From Eledone cirrhosa (Eukaryota): 64,000 nucleotides of DNA. The stretch is taken from positions 220,224,001 through 220,288,000 of the forward strand of contig OZ024742.1 in the NCBI GenBank assembly GCA_964016885.1, read 5' to 3'. The stretch's first letter is position 1. Each line of letters starts with the position of its first letter. This document shows positions 14,673 through 28,435 of this stretch, piece by piece. Both the position numbers and the translations under genes were made by a program. The notes beneath the pieces are model-generated. The model was not told where the DNA came from. It worked only from the letters and a program-made list of their open reading frames with translations, and searched no databases.

Positions 14673-15640
14673 CAGTGGTCGCCAACCTTTCTAAAACCGA
14701 GGAACCCTCTAAATATTTTGAATTCTTCACGGAATTTATACAATACAAAACTTTTCACAAAAAAAAAATAAAGTATTTATTTATTTTAGTGAACTTACGT
14801 TGTGAGAACAGCGAACTGACCCAGTCTCTCGGCTGAGAGACCTCGCTGAACTGAAGTTTTCAGTTTAAAGTTATGCTGTCACCGACCAACATTTACTTGT
14901 TTGTGATTGGTCAATTTCTAAGTTCAATTAGTGTATTATCAGTAGTAGTCAAATTCTCGGAATTCAGAAAACTATGTCTTTCCAAGAATAAGAATAATGA
15001 AATTATTGTGTAAAGTGCTCAGGTGCACTACAACTCGTCAAAGGTGTATATATAGTACATAAAATAATACACAAATGTCAGGGAAGTGAATAGTGTATGA
15101 GTCACGGTATACATGTATGTATGTGTATGGAGGGGGAACATTAGGTGTAGTGTTGGCGGATCTCGGGAAGCATGGAGGCCTTAAAGGATGCAGTGTCTCG
15201 ACAGCTAACAACCGATGCAGGCAGTTTGTTCCCTGCTTCAGCAACTCTGAGCGTGAAAAATGTTTCCGAAAGTCATGGGAACCGTGCTGTTTTCTGACTT
15301 TGTGGGCATGCCCACGTGCGTTAGACACATGGAAATCAAAAAATTGATGTGAATTGATGTGAAATTGAAAGAATTCAATGTCCACGAATCTCAGAACAGT
15401 GTTTTTCTGCTAATTCAAGTGAGAAACTGAAAGTAGTGTTTTCCACGAATTGGAGTGGAGAACTTGTGTACACTACAATAGTACTTGTTCATTTATACAT
15501 TGCACCTTTGGCATTTTCTTTGCACCTTTTTCAGAAAACCCAAAATATTAATGGTAATGTAAATATTTATTTTTTTAAGGAACCCAGAGTTTGTTTTACG
15601 GAACCCCAAGGTTCCGCGGAACCCATGTTGGCGACCACTG
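14673..15640. mobile_element. hAT MITE, copy 3
   Basis: Same TIRs and TSD at offset 12180. Confidence 0.88.
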
Positions 15641-17620
15641 CCATAACCTACCAGAGAAGTAGCAGTCAAATGCCCCTCATACCATAACCTACAAAGAAAT
15701 AGCAGTTATATCCTCCTCATACCATCCTACCGTGAAATAACAGTCAAATTCCCCTCAAACCACGTCCTACCTATAAATAGCAGTCAAATCCCCCTTATAA
15801 CCTACCAAGAAATAGCAGTCAAATCTCCCCCATACCATACCAGAACCTACCAAGAAATAGCAGTCAAATCCCCCTCATACCATAACCTACCAACAAATAA
15901 AAGTCAAATCCCCCTTATACCATAACCTAGCAAGAAATAGAAGTCATATCTCCCTCATACCACAACCTACCAAGAAACAACAGTCAAATCTGCCTCATAC
16001 CATAACCTTGCAAGAAATAGCAGTCAAATCCCCCTCATACCATACCAGAAGCTAGCAAGAAATAGCAGTCAAATCCACCTCATACCATAACCTACCAAGA
16101 AATAGCAGTCAATTCTACCTCATACCATAACCTACCAAGAAATAGCAGTCAAATTTGCCTCAGACAATATCCTACCAGGAAATAGCAGTCAAATCCCCTC
16201 ATACCATACCATAACCTACCAAGAAATAGCATTCAAATCTCCCACCTACTATAACCTACCATGAAATAACAGTCAAATCCTCCTCATACCATAACCTACC
16301 AGAGAAATAGCAGTCAAATCCCCCTCATACCATACCAGAAGCTAGCAAGAAATAGCAGTCAAATCCACCTCATACCATAACCTACCAAGAAATAGCAGTC
16401 AATTCTACCTCATACCATAACCTACCAAGAAATAGCAGTCAAATTTGCCTCAGACAATATCCTTCCAGGAAATAGCAGTCAAATCCCCCTAATACCATAC
16501 CATAACCTACCAAGAAATAGCAGTCAAATCTTCCACAGAACTTAACATAACATAGCAAGAAATAACAGCCAAATCCCCCCTCATAACATACCATAACCTA
16601 CCAATAAATAACAGTCAAAGTCCTCTCAAACCGTGTCCTACCTAGAAATAGAAGTCAAATCTCCCTCATAACCTACCAAGAAATAGCGGTGAAATCCCCT
16701 TCATACCATACTATATCCTACCTAGAAATAGCAGTCGGATCCCTCTCATACCATACCATAACATACCAACAAATAACAGTTAAATTCCCCTCAAACCATG
16801 TCCTACCTAGAAATAGCAGTCAAATCCCCCTCATACCTTAACCTACCAAGAAATAACAGTCAAATCACCCTCATACCATAACCTACCAGGAAATAGCAGT
16901 CAAATCTGCCTCATACCATACCATATCCTACCAAGAAATAGCAGTCAAATCCCCTTCATAAAATAACCTACCAAGAAATACTAGTCAATTCTCCCTCATA
17001 CCATACCATAACCTACCATGAAATATCAGTCAAATTCCCCTCATACCGTAACCTAACAAGAAATAGCAGTCAAATACTCCTCATTTGATACCATATCCTA
17101 CCAAGAAATAACAGTCAAATCCCCTTCATACCATATCCTACCTAGAAATAGCAGTCAAATCCCCTCATACCATACCCTACCTAGAAATAGCAGTCAAATC
17201 CCCCTCATAAAATAACCTACCAAGAAATATCAGTCAAATTCCCCTCATACCATACCATAACCTACCAAGAAATAGCAGTCTATTCTATCTCATACCATAA
17301 CCTACCAAGAAACAGCAGTCAAATCCCCCTCATACTATAACTTACCAAGAAATAGCAGTCAAATCCCACTCAAACCATAACCTACCGAGAAATAGCAGTC
17401 ATATCTCCCTCATACCATAGCCTACCAAGAAATAGCAGTGAAATCTCCCTCATACTATAACCTACCAAGAAATAGCAGTGAAATCTCCCTCATACTATAA
17501 TCTACCAAGAAATGGCAGTCAAATCCCCTTCATACCATGCCATACCATACCAAGAAATACCAGTCAAATCCCCCTCATACCATACCATAGCCTACCAAGA
17601 AATACCAGTCACATTTCGCT
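15641..17620. repeat. ~40-bp satellite block, right edge of array
   Basis: Follows the unit-1 monomer order to about 16950 (one 45-bp deletion near 16295), then unique monomers until about 17620. Confidence 0.93.
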
Positions 17621-17995
17621 CAAACTATATAGCCAACTAAGTGTTAAATAGAGATAGTTTTATCATGACGAAAACGATTTTGATTACAAATAAGTCATCT
17701 AGACTTGTCAGACATCGGTATTACGAAAGAACACACGTATACAAAGTGTTTATCTTCTTTGGCTTCCTTTCAGAAAGTAAACAAACATGACAACGAGACT
17801 TTGATCATTGTAGAACAAGCAAGGATTTACACTTCGTGTATGTATGTGCGTGTGTATGTATGTGAGTGTGTATGTATATATATATTTAGTTTATAGCTAA
17901 TGTTTATAAATACGTTGCTTGTTTACCAATTTTGGTAACATACACATACAAGAATTGGTCCGATGGCCCTGTGAAAAACAGGCGCAACTCCTGAG

Positions 17996-18320
17996 GAGAG
18001 GTTCTCAAACTTTTTACACGCCCCCTCCCCCTCTCGCGGTCACGTAATACCCTCAGCGCTTCCCAACCCTATTTCCAGAGAGACCTGCCTACACTCAAAT
18101 TGTAAATAATATATAATAAATAAAATCGTTAATTTATATATAATAAATAATATAATATATACTGTGTAAATAAATATTATAAATATTTTTTTATTTTACT
18201 ATATTTATACATAATATGTATCATTTGATATTTAATATACTATTATATCATGTGTACACAACCGCAGTGGACCTCCTCGACGCACCCCGGGGGGGGTAGC
18301 ACCCACTTTGAGAACCTCTG
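17996..18320. mobile_element. hAT-type MITE (second family)
   Basis: TIRs (G/C)AGAGGTTCTCAAA / TTTGAGAACCTCTG; 8-bp TSD CTCCTGAG/CTCCAGAG; inverted relative at 28436-28800. Confidence 0.8.
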
Positions 18321-18912
18321 CTCCAGAGTAACAAGACTCACTAGTTAGCTTTAATAAAATAAATATTTAAACTCTACTTCGGTATTGAGTACTCTTTTCT
18401 CTCGGTCGTCAACCAAGATGTGTGTGTGTATACGTGTGTATGTGTTCTACACATTTTGTAGGAAAAAAAGAAAAACATGTATATAAGTGAAGTTCCGCTT
18501 AAATATTAAATCCATGTCTACGTTAGAAATCATCGTCATTATTGTTATGAATATTCTCCCTTAATTGTTGCACGGACAACGCGTAACTATCACGATGTTT
18601 CAAATCAGATTATAGAAATAATATATTAATATATTAATTAATTTTGTTCGTTTAATATTAATTACAGCTACTTCCTATTTTATAATAATTTACATACATA
18701 ATTACAAGCGCAAGATGATTAATCTCTATCAACCTTCCTCCCGAAATAACAAAATAGGAAAATATTTGTTTGTTTTTACTGACGAAGGAAGGTGAAAACA
18801 GTAAAAATAAAGTGACTTGAATGTATGAAATACCGTAAAATACAAAGAAAAAAAGTGGGAAGTAAAGGAAATAAAATGTTTTAGAAGAAAGTCAAAGACA
18901 TAAATGTCTTAC

Positions 18913-18970
18913 CGGATGGTATAGTCAACCCAGTTGGTCTAATACCTTTTCCAATGCTGCCTGACTCCAT
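18913..18970 (-). CDS. Candidate first coding exon of an unidentified minus-strand gene (MESGSIGKGIRPTGLTIPS-)
   Basis: ATG at 18970, 19 open codons plus 1 nt, strong donor CG|GTAAGA; non-repetitive sequence just downstream of a promoter motif cluster. Confidence 0.5.
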
Positions 18971-19026
18971 AGTTTAACAACGGTAATAACACAATTGTCA
19001 CAAAAACCACCTTGTTTTGATTTATA

Positions 19027-19066
19027 CGGAAGTGAAAGTCTGCTGCGCGCAAGGCATCATGGGAAG
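19027..19066. promoter_or_regulatory. Housekeeping-type promoter motif cluster (ETS, NRF1-like, ZNF143/Staf-like)
   Basis: CGGAAGTG (19027-19034), palindrome TGCGCGCA (19044-19051) and TTCCCATGATGC on the minus strand (19054-19065), all within 40 bp of CpG-retaining sequence. Confidence 0.5.
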
Positions 19067-19319
19067 TTTTTGCTTGCCTTTCTTCAAAAGCCGCATGTCA
19101 TTATAAACTATGTATGTATGTTCTGCTTTTATTATTTTATAAATGTTTACCATTAGAGAGAGTCGGTTTCTAAGATAGACACAAGACTCTTTCATTGGTA
19201 TTTAAACAACATCAACTAGGTAAATACGTATATGTCTCCAGGTATGAATGTTATTGTATGTGTGGATCTGCATGTTTTGAGTTATATGTGCACATGTTTC
19301 TGTATCTATACTTGTATCT

Positions 19320-20830
19320 ATACATGCAAAATTTCTCAAAAGTTTTTAACGTGTTTACACTTCCATTCATGGTCTATACTTACAAATTCCTAACTAGCCA
19401 AGCTCTGATTCTGAGAAGCCCAGCTTCTCAAGATTTGTACTGAGCTAGTTAGTAACATATCCAAGAGCCCCAATGATCACAGGTACAAATCTGAAGGTAT
19501 TGTCGTGGTGGAGTATCTATATTGTATCAGATGCAAGGGTGGGTGGTGGTGTTGAGATGTTGATTCAGTTGTGTGTGTACTCTCTTATGGATTGCTCAGT
19601 GATGTGCCTGATACTGTGTGGCTAGAGATTGTGGGTGTGCAAAAAAGTGCGTATATTGGCGGCTCGAAAGCTCATTCACAATGGACACTTATCTATGAAG
19701 CCTTAAAGGTCTTCTTCTTGGTGGCCGCTTGATAGTGTGAAAGAAACTCTATTGAGGAGAGTATCAAGTTACTGCTACAATAGTTCCCTGCCTAGATTGA
19801 AATGGGAATATTGATCGAAAACTGAATTTGAATGCAAGAGGAGGCCTCGAAATATGTTTAATCGAGATGAGACACTGCATGAGTCTATGGAGCAGAGTGT
19901 CGCTCAATGTAGCTGAACTGCTGATATTCCACAATGAGTCGGAAATAGGATTTGAAACTAGTTTCGCCGTAAAAAGTAGTGGCGAATTTGTGCCTAAAAT
20001 GCAGTCGCACCTCTTAAATTGAGATGGTTAAGCGGGAAAGCTTCCTCTGTAATGCCAAATTTAGTTCAGATAGAAAAGATAGGAAAGAATTATCCCAGGA
20101 ATTCCACATAAATCAAGGCCATAGTTCCTGTACTCAGTGTTCAGAGATTGCAGGTGTGCACATTGGAAACTTATCTATAAAGCTTCAAAAGTCAGCTTGA
20201 TAGAGTGAAAGAAACTCTATTGAGAAAGGTATCAAATTACTGCTACATATCTACAGGTTCCTCATTGGTTCAGCATAAATGCTCTCTTTTTTACTGATCT
20301 TTAGCATTATATTGACATCTGCTGGACAGCTGACTTCCATTACTGTGCATGCCTTCTTTTCTCTGTCCCGTATCACTATGTCTGGTTCTTTTGTTTGAAT
20401 TTTATTGAGTTTTTGACTGAAACATTCCATCAGTACTCTTTCTTATTATGTATATATATGTCCTCCACATTGCTATAACTTTTTATACTTTTATTGTTGG
20501 GGTTTTCCTTTCTACGGATTGCATTGTATAGTGTTTTGGCCACTACATCATGCATCATAGGTAGATAGTACTGTGATGACATTTTTGGACAGCTGCTTAT
20601 GACATGGGTGACATCTTCAATGTTTATTATGCAGAGTCTGCATCTCTTGTCACATCTAGGAGTTTTGCCTGCATAGCTATCTCTTTCATGAATCAGGTAT
20701 TTTGTTGTTATATTGTGTTCTTGGATTGCAAAAGTATATCTTTCAAAGTGAGAGCCAATATAATGGTGGTTGGTCTAAGATAGACTACTTTGTTTATCTA
20801 TATTACTCTGGAGCTTGCTGCCAATTAGGA
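19320..20830 (-). mobile_element. Degenerate R4/Dong-type (restriction-like endonuclease) non-LTR element, interrupted by another decayed insertion at about 19520-20250
   Basis: Minus-strand translation gives EDVTHVISSCP (zinc knuckle), PDIVIRDREKKACTVMEVSCPADV and FVPVIIGALGYVT, with stops. Confidence 0.65.
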
Positions 20831-21054
20831 AATAGCCTATAACATACATGTGCACACACATATCTGTATGTTATTAACAGACATAAGAAAAGTACTCAAA
20901 ATCGAAGAAGAGTTTAAATATTTATTTATAATGAGTATGCAGCAAGTCTTATTACTCTCGAGTTCCACCTGTGCTGAAACTCAAGAGTAACAAGGCTTAG
21001 CCATATTAAATGAATATGTGTGTGTGTTTGTGTATAATGATGATGATGATTATG

Positions 21055-21086
<32 letters not shown>

Positions 21087-21829
21087 AAAAGGTAAACTGA
21101 AATAACAACACAATTGGTAGAGTATATGGAAGGAATATATTAGTTTAACGCTTGAAATAACGGGAAGAGGGTCTTAACGTTTTGGACGCTAGTCCTTCAT
21201 CAGAAGAAAGAATGAAAAATTAGAAAGATTGAAGGGATGGGCAGGGCAGAATCGGAAAAAATGTTTTTAGAGAAAAATAACAGGTCCATTCATGTTGCGA
21301 TCTCTTGGAAAACTGTTGATGCTGGCGTTTCATGTATGATTTATTTTTTTAGAAAATTGGATGATGGAGCTTATCTACCTGAAATGGAAAAAAAAAACAT
21401 TTTGGATATAGAACGCATGCGTATGCGTGCGTGTGTGTGTGTTATTATACGTCTGTATGAAGCTAAGAGGATAAGTAAGTAAAAGAGTGTGTGGTTGTAA
21501 GTACAAAGATGTGAGCTAAAGTATCTTAATATAAGGGAGTGTGTATGTGTGTGTGTATACAGAGCTGTGAAGGGAAAAGTAGAGGTGTGTGTGCATATTT
21601 AGTTGGTCTGTATTAGCTGTAGGAGTGTATGTTTCTGACCATAAGAGAGCCATAGGAATCTAGGGATAAATGTACAAGCGAGTGTGTGATAACAGACAGA
21701 GTAAATGTGATGGGGGCAAAGGGTAGAGAAGTAAGCATGAACGTATATGTGTAATATTAAAGAAATTGGGAAGGGGAGTTGAATCCATGAGGGAAACAGG
21801 ACCCAAGGCGCAAAATCAGACTCTGTTCA

Positions 21830-22835
21830 GTCCTGGTGCGCCAGACCCACTACCACTCTTCTCCGTCTGGCTGAGCTTGTTTTGACCCTCAATGGGTTTT
21901 CCTTTTCTAATGAGTTCTACCAGCAGGTCTCTGGGATTGCAATGGAAACCAGAATGAGTCCGAACTATGCCAACATGTTTGTTGGTTATGTCGAAGCCCA
22001 GGTCTTCTCCCAGTATGCTGGACCTACTCCTGAACTATATGGTTGTTATATCGACAACTGTATCGCTGCCACCTCTCTATCACGTGAACAATTCGACTGC
22101 TTTCTATCTTTTGTTCAATCTTTTCATCCCACTCTCACCTTCACCACCTCCATCTCTGATTCTTCTGTCCCCTTTCTTCATAGCTCTCTCTTTATCGATC
22201 ATATTCACCACACCCTTTCTACTTCCATCTTCTATAAACCGACTGATTCCCACTCTTACCTCAACTTCCCCTCCTCTCATTTAACCCACACCAAACTCTC
22301 CATACCCTACTCCCAATTCCTCCATCTTTGCCGACTCTGTAGCCAGGACCATGATTTCAAAACCCGTTCCCTTCACATCCAGCGTGGATATCCCCCCCCC
22401 CCATCCTAATCCAAGGTGCTCTCACCCGCGCCTGTGAAACCAACCGTACCACAGCCCTCTCACCCTAACAGTGTCCTCCCAACACCCACCTTCCTTTCCC
22501 TCACACCTACCACCCCATCACCCTACCTCTCCAGCGACATATTCTCTGTTCCTTCCACACCCTCTCTTCTGACCCCGTCACTTTTTCCTAATGCACCCAT
22601 CACCGCATTTAAGTGCACCCATAATCTCCGCAACCTCCTGGTGCACAGTTCCTTCTTGTCCTCTCCTACAACTCCACCCGGCTCTCATCCTTGTTCTTGT
22701 CCCCGCTGTAACACCTGTCTTTTCATTTCCAACCTCACCACTTTCACAGGCACTAACGATTCATTCCGTATCTGCCACTCCTTCACCTGCACATCCACCC
22801 ACGTTGTCTATGCCCTCCGATGTTCCCCTTGCAGG
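21830..22835 (+). mobile_element. Penelope-like element fragment (Neptune-type RT and start of GIY-YIG)
   Basis: GIAMETRMSPNYANMFV, YIDN, FYKPTDSHSYL, then PCSCPRCNTC linker and VVYALRC; frameshifted. Confidence 0.8.
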
Positions 22836-22884
22836 ATGTATGTATATATGTATATGTATGTATATATGTATATGTAGATATATA

Positions 22885-24860
22885 TCTCATCATCACCATT
22901 TTACATCTGATTTTCCATGTTTGCATAAGTTGGACAAGTTCCTTCCAGCACAGCATCTTTCAATTTGTCTCAGTCCTCCGTCATCTCTTCTCTGAGATTC
23001 AGTGATTTGAGATCAGCTCTGATGACCTCTGCCCATGTCTTCCTTGGTCTCCATCTACCATTACTCTCTTCCACTGAGATATTTTGGCATTTCTTCACTC
23101 AACAATCATCATCCATTGGCATCAAATGTCTTCTCTCCAGCATTTTATATCTGATTCCTTTTATATCCAGCCTCTCTTTTAACTCATCTATTCTTTGTCG
23201 TTTATGCATATTAACTTTGCACATACAACAAATTTTCCTTGCTATATTTCTCTCCATCCTTTGCATACCCTCTTCATTTACTACCCATGTTTTACTTCCA
23301 TGTAACATCGCACATATCACACAGGCCTTTTATTTGTAGAGAGAAATCTTTTGTTATCAACAGAAGTAGCAGCTGCTCCTTGAAATTATTCCATCCTGTT
23401 CTTTATTCTAGTTACTATGCTTTCAGAGCAGCCTCCTCTACTGCTAATTAATTCTTCTAGGTAACAGAAGCTACCAACTACTTCTATGGAACCTTCTTAG
23501 GATAGGAAAAAGTTTCTTTCAATGGGGTTCTTATTACTGACTACACCTGTGCAGCTCCTCCACACGATGTCCACTTTTTCTGTTAGTTTGCTCACAATAC
23601 TACTATACCTTTTGTGTACCCATGTACATCACACAGAGTTATTACCTAATCTTTTTTCTATATATCAAACATGGTCACTTCTTTGAGTGCTGTCTTCTTT
23701 CTTACTTTTTAAAACTTTGGTCTTTGTTAACTTTACTCTAAGCCCTTTTGATTCTTTTTCCCAGTATGAATTCCTTGTCTGGTTCTTCCACAGTTTCAGC
23801 TATAAGAACCAGGACAATAACAGACAGAGATTTCAATGGGTCTTAAATTCCTCTGTTATATATAGCTTGGAGGGCTATAATAAACAAGAGTCAAATGATG
23901 GCTGAACCCTGATGAACCTACACTTTGAATTCTCCACTAAACTCATTACCTACTTTCATTTTATTGGCAGCACCTTTGTGCATGGCTTGCACAGCTCTCA
24001 CAAGCCTTTCATCTACACCCAGTTTCCTTATCAATCAAGAGCTAACAGACCATGGAACTTTATCAAAAGGCTTTCTCCATATGTATGAAACCTAGGTCTA
24101 GCAGCTTACACTTGGCTAGAAACTTTTTTACTCTTTCTTTCCCTAATTTGTTGTACATAACTTGATTCATCAGTTTTATGTCTCTATAGTTGCTCCTTTC
24201 TAGAGCACCACCATTTCCCATGTAAAAACTAATGATTATATTGCTATACCAGCCATTGAGTGTGATACCAATATGTATTACCTGCCTGACTATGAAGAAG
24301 ACTAGCTCTGCTCATACTACATCAGATGATTTCAACATCTCTGAAGGTCCAGCAGAGTTTCCATTTTTCATCTCCTCGATTGCTTTCATGTCCTCATAAC
24401 TGCTAAATTTGATAGCCAATCCCTCTAATGAGTCTACTGGAGTTTGATGTACTTCCTTCCACTCATTCTCCACCATCAACAACCTCTCATAATAATGTTT
24501 CAAGCCTCTTTTTTCTGAGCATCAGTGAAGCTAAGTGCACTAGTTTTATTCTGATCACACTTTTCCCCAACAACATCCCAATTCACATTGACATACTGCT
24601 TTACAATATGGGACACCTCATACCTCTGATTCTTACATAGTACAAAAATATTTCAGCTTTATGTGCTATGTAAACAAGCCTTCTAGATACTTAATACCAT
24701 GCCTAGTTTTAACTTTAATGACTCAGTTTATGGTGCTGTTCCACCACCAGGTCATCCTTCATCTGGCTAGTTGCTTGCTCCAGCCATAGGCTTTGTCAGT
24801 GGCCTGCAGTAAGTTGTCATTTAGAAACTTTCAATTATCCTCTATGTGTCTATCTCCTCC
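22885..24860 (-). mobile_element. Highly decayed RTE-type LINE
   Basis: Minus fragments MLHGSKTW...MERN and MKNGNSAGPSE match the better-preserved RTE at 51913-53612; (GAT)n tail near 22890. Confidence 0.7.
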
Positions 24861-25329
24861 CCCTTATCATCATATGTATCATTTAACAGGTCTTTTAGCT
24901 TCCATACCCATTTTCTCTAGATGTTTCTGCATTTCTGAATGTTCATTGTTTCTGACAAAGACATTGAGATGGATTTATAGCATCGAGACTAATAATATGG
25001 AGTTACGTAACTACTATCGATGAACTAATTAAGTGTTAAACTTCACCTTCTGTTTTCTTTGTTCACCCTATATACTTAATGTGTATATAAATATACACAG
25101 TATATATATAGACATGTAAACATATAAAATTTACATATTTCCCCTTAGATTGAAAAAAATGATTTGCATCCTTAATCAATTTTTCACTTTTAGAAAAGCC
25201 CATCAAAGAAACAAACCAGTCTTCAGTTATACAATAAGGGTACTACTACTAATATTAATAATTTTTAAGAAAGGCATTTAGACTCAATTCTCTTTATTTA
25301 TTCGTTTTTATTTATTTATTTACTTATTT

Positions 25330-26460
25330 TTGCATAGGGATCAGTCTGACTGGTATATAGATTGTCAAACACAGAAGGATGTAAAAAGCAAAGTGACCCA
25401 GGATTTGAACTCAGAGATAATGGAAGTAACTAAATACTGCAAGTGATTTTTTCAAATCTTCTAGCGATTTTGTCACAGTACTAGTAATTCACTGCTGTTT
25501 TGGGGTGTTTTTTTTTACATAGGCACAAGGCGAAAACTTTTGTGGAATGGCACGGGCAATAGTATATCAATACCAGTACTTGACTGATATTTATTTTACA
25601 AACCCAAGAACAAAAGGCTGAATTAACATGAACAGGATTTGAACATAAAACAGATTTGTAACTAAATAATTGTTTCTACTTTTGGCACAAGGCCAGCAAT
25701 TAACCAGTGTATTACTGGTACTTTATTTTATCGACCCCATAAGGATAAAAGGCAAAGTTAACCTCGGCAGGATTTGAACTCAGAATGGCAAGGGCCGTAA
25801 CTAAATAATACAGGACCACTTGTCCCACTCTCTCATGTTTCTGCTAATCCAGCAATACTATAATAATAATTGTTTCTATTTTTGGCACAAGGCCAGCAAT
25901 CTGAAGAGAAGCGGAAAGTCAATTAAATCAACCCCCAGTCAGTTACTGGTAATGTATTTTATCGACCCCGAAAGGATGAATCCTAAACAAACCTCTGTAT
26001 CATTTGAACTCAGAAAGTAAGGTATGATTCTGCTAATTCACTTTACATTAATAATTGTTTCTACTTTAGGCACAAGGCCAGCAATTATCCAGTGCATTAC
26101 TGGTACTTTATTTTATCGACCCCGTAAGGATGAAAGGCAAAGTAAACCTCGGCGGGATTTGAACTCAGACTGTAAAGGGACGTAACTATGCTGGAAAGCA
26201 TGGCGTCCGACTCTCTACCGATACTGCCAATCCCCCAATGGTTTCTGGTTTAGGCACAAAGCAAACAATTTGGTGGGAAGGGGAAATTCGATTAAATCAA
26301 CACCAGTGCATTACTGGTACTTTATTTTATCGAGGCCATAAGGATGAAAAGCAAAGCTAACCATAGCAGGATTTGAACACAGAACGTAAAGGGACGTAAC
26401 TATATGCCACAAAGCACGTTGTCCAACCCTCTACCAATACTGCCAATTCACCACCCTTCA
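25330..26460 (-). mobile_element. Cluster of tRNA-derived SINE family 1 copies and fragments
   Basis: Repeated GGCACAAGGCCAGCAATT...TTTTATCGACCCC...GGATGAAAGGCAAAG...GGATTTGAACTC (reverse of B-box GAGTTCAAATCC); full plus-strand copy at 62358-62546. Confidence 0.8.
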
Positions 26461-26507
26461 CATTACATTAATCATAAAAATGATTTCGCACGGGGCTGCG
26501 AATTTAT

Positions 26508-27267
26508 AATAATAATAATGAAATTATTGTGTAAAGTGCTCAGGTGCACTACAACTTGTCAAAGGTGCATGTATAGTACATAGAATAATATACAAATGTC
26601 AGAGAAGTGAATAGTGTATGAGTCATGATATACATGTGTGTATGTGTATGGAGGGGGAACATTAGGTGTAGTGTTGGCGAATCTCGGGAAGCATGGAGGC
26701 CTTAAAGGATGCAGTGTCTCGACAGCTAACAACTGATGCAGGTAGTTTGTTCCATGCTTCAGCAACTCTGAGCATGAAAAAATGTTTCCGAAAGTCATGG
26801 GAACTGTGCTGTTTTCTGACTTTATGGGCATGTCCACGTGTGTTAGACACATGGAAATCAAAATGGTACTCAGGGTTGTAGTTGGCGAGATGGTTAATAA
26901 TTTTGTGGGTGTTTACCAAGTCAGTTGCCAGGCGTCGGAGCTTCAATGTATCCATGCCCAGGGAAGCAAGGCGTTCAGAGTATGGTAAATGCCTGATGGA
27001 GGGTATTCGCTTGGTTGCACGTCTCTGAACAGTTTCCAGGCAGTCAATGTTCTGAGCAAGATAGGGCTTCCAGACTGGTGATGTAAATTCTAGCCATGTA
27101 CAGCTTTAAATAGATAGCTGGAGAGCGGCTGACAAAGGTCTTGCTGAGTGATGCTAAGACACCCTCGACCCTCTTGACAATTATAGAGACGTGCTTCGTC
27201 CAACGCAAATTGCTGCTGACCGTAATGCCCAGGTCACGTTCACAAGAAGACTTCTTGATATTAGTGA
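26508..27267 (-). mobile_element. 3' fragment of the same CR1-type LINE family
   Basis: Reverse complement of about 1686-2460 with few differences; (ATT)n tail. Confidence 0.9.
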
Positions 27268-27625
27268 TGGGGTGGGTATAGTGAATTAAATGGACCTCAA
27301 CATGTTACTGGTACGTGTACTATAGGCATTATAACTTTGCAAGAAAACGTGAACACCATTAAGGTTTTTATTCAAAATGTCAAATAAATGAATTGAAAAG
27401 AAAAAAAAAACAAATGCACAATCGCATTACTTTTTAAAGGGAAATAACTCGTGTGAGCATTTCTTTTTAGGAGTTATCTTTCTTATAATTATTTCGTTAT
27501 ACTTTGTGAGTATCACTTTGCCAAATTCAATAAAAAGTGAGATAACATAAAACAAAGCTATATTTCCTGACTTCACAACGCAATGATTCTTTTTTTTTTA
27601 CTGTTGGGTAAAGGGTAGAGTAGAT

Positions 27626-28252
27626 GATATTTTTCAGAAGCTAATGAACTAATGAGAAGGAAGGAAGACACCCTTTATATTTTTAGGCGCTAAGGGAGTA
27701 GTAAGAAGAAGGGAGAAAAACACCCTTGATATTTGAGGGGCTAAGGGACTAATAAGAAGAAGGGAGGAAGACACCCTTGATATTTTTAGGGGCTAAGGGA
27801 CAAGTGAAAAGAAGGGAGAAAGTCACCGTTGATATTTTTAGAGGCTAATGATATTTTTAGGGACTAATGAGAAGAAGGGAGGAAGTCACCTTTGGTATTT
27901 TTAGAGGCTAAGGGACTAGTGAGAAGAAGGGAGAAAGACACCCTTGGTATTTTTAGGGGCTAAGGGACTAATGAGAAGAAGGGAGGCAAACACTTGATAT
28001 TTTCAGGGGCTAAGGGACTAATGAGAAGCAGGGAGGAAGTTACCCTTGATATTTTTAGGGGCTAAGGGACTAATGAGAAGAAGGGAGGAAGACACCGTTG
28101 ATATTTTTAGGGGCTAAGGGACTAATGAGAAGAAGGGAGGAAGTCATCCTTGGTATTTTTAGGGGCTAAGGGACTAGTGAGAAGAAGGGAGAAAGACACC
28201 ATTGATATTTTTAGGGGCTAAGGAACTAATGAGAAGAAGAGAGGAAGACATT
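27626..28252. repeat. 52-bp minisatellite (about 12 copies)
   Basis: Unit GATATTTTTAGGGGCTAAGGGACTAATGAGAAGAAGGGAGGAAGACACCCTT; period 52 (e.g. 28048 to 28100). Confidence 0.9.
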
Positions 28253-28435
28253 GTCAAACTGGAGATCTAGTTTGAAGGCTATTAACAGAATACACTGCTA
28301 AACGTATCCAAGGGTCAGATGGTGGTATTAAATTAGGTGACAGAATATGTCTACAAGCCAAGTAAACCATAGTAAGATTTGAACCTGAGCATAGAAAACT
28401 GGATGAAATACCACATCTCGTCTGATGTTCTACAA

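Noticed and set aside
3461-17620. Regular ~40-bp repeats resembling a CRISPR array
   Set aside because: No unique spacers, monomers are contiguous diverged satellite units, no cas genes, eukaryotic context.
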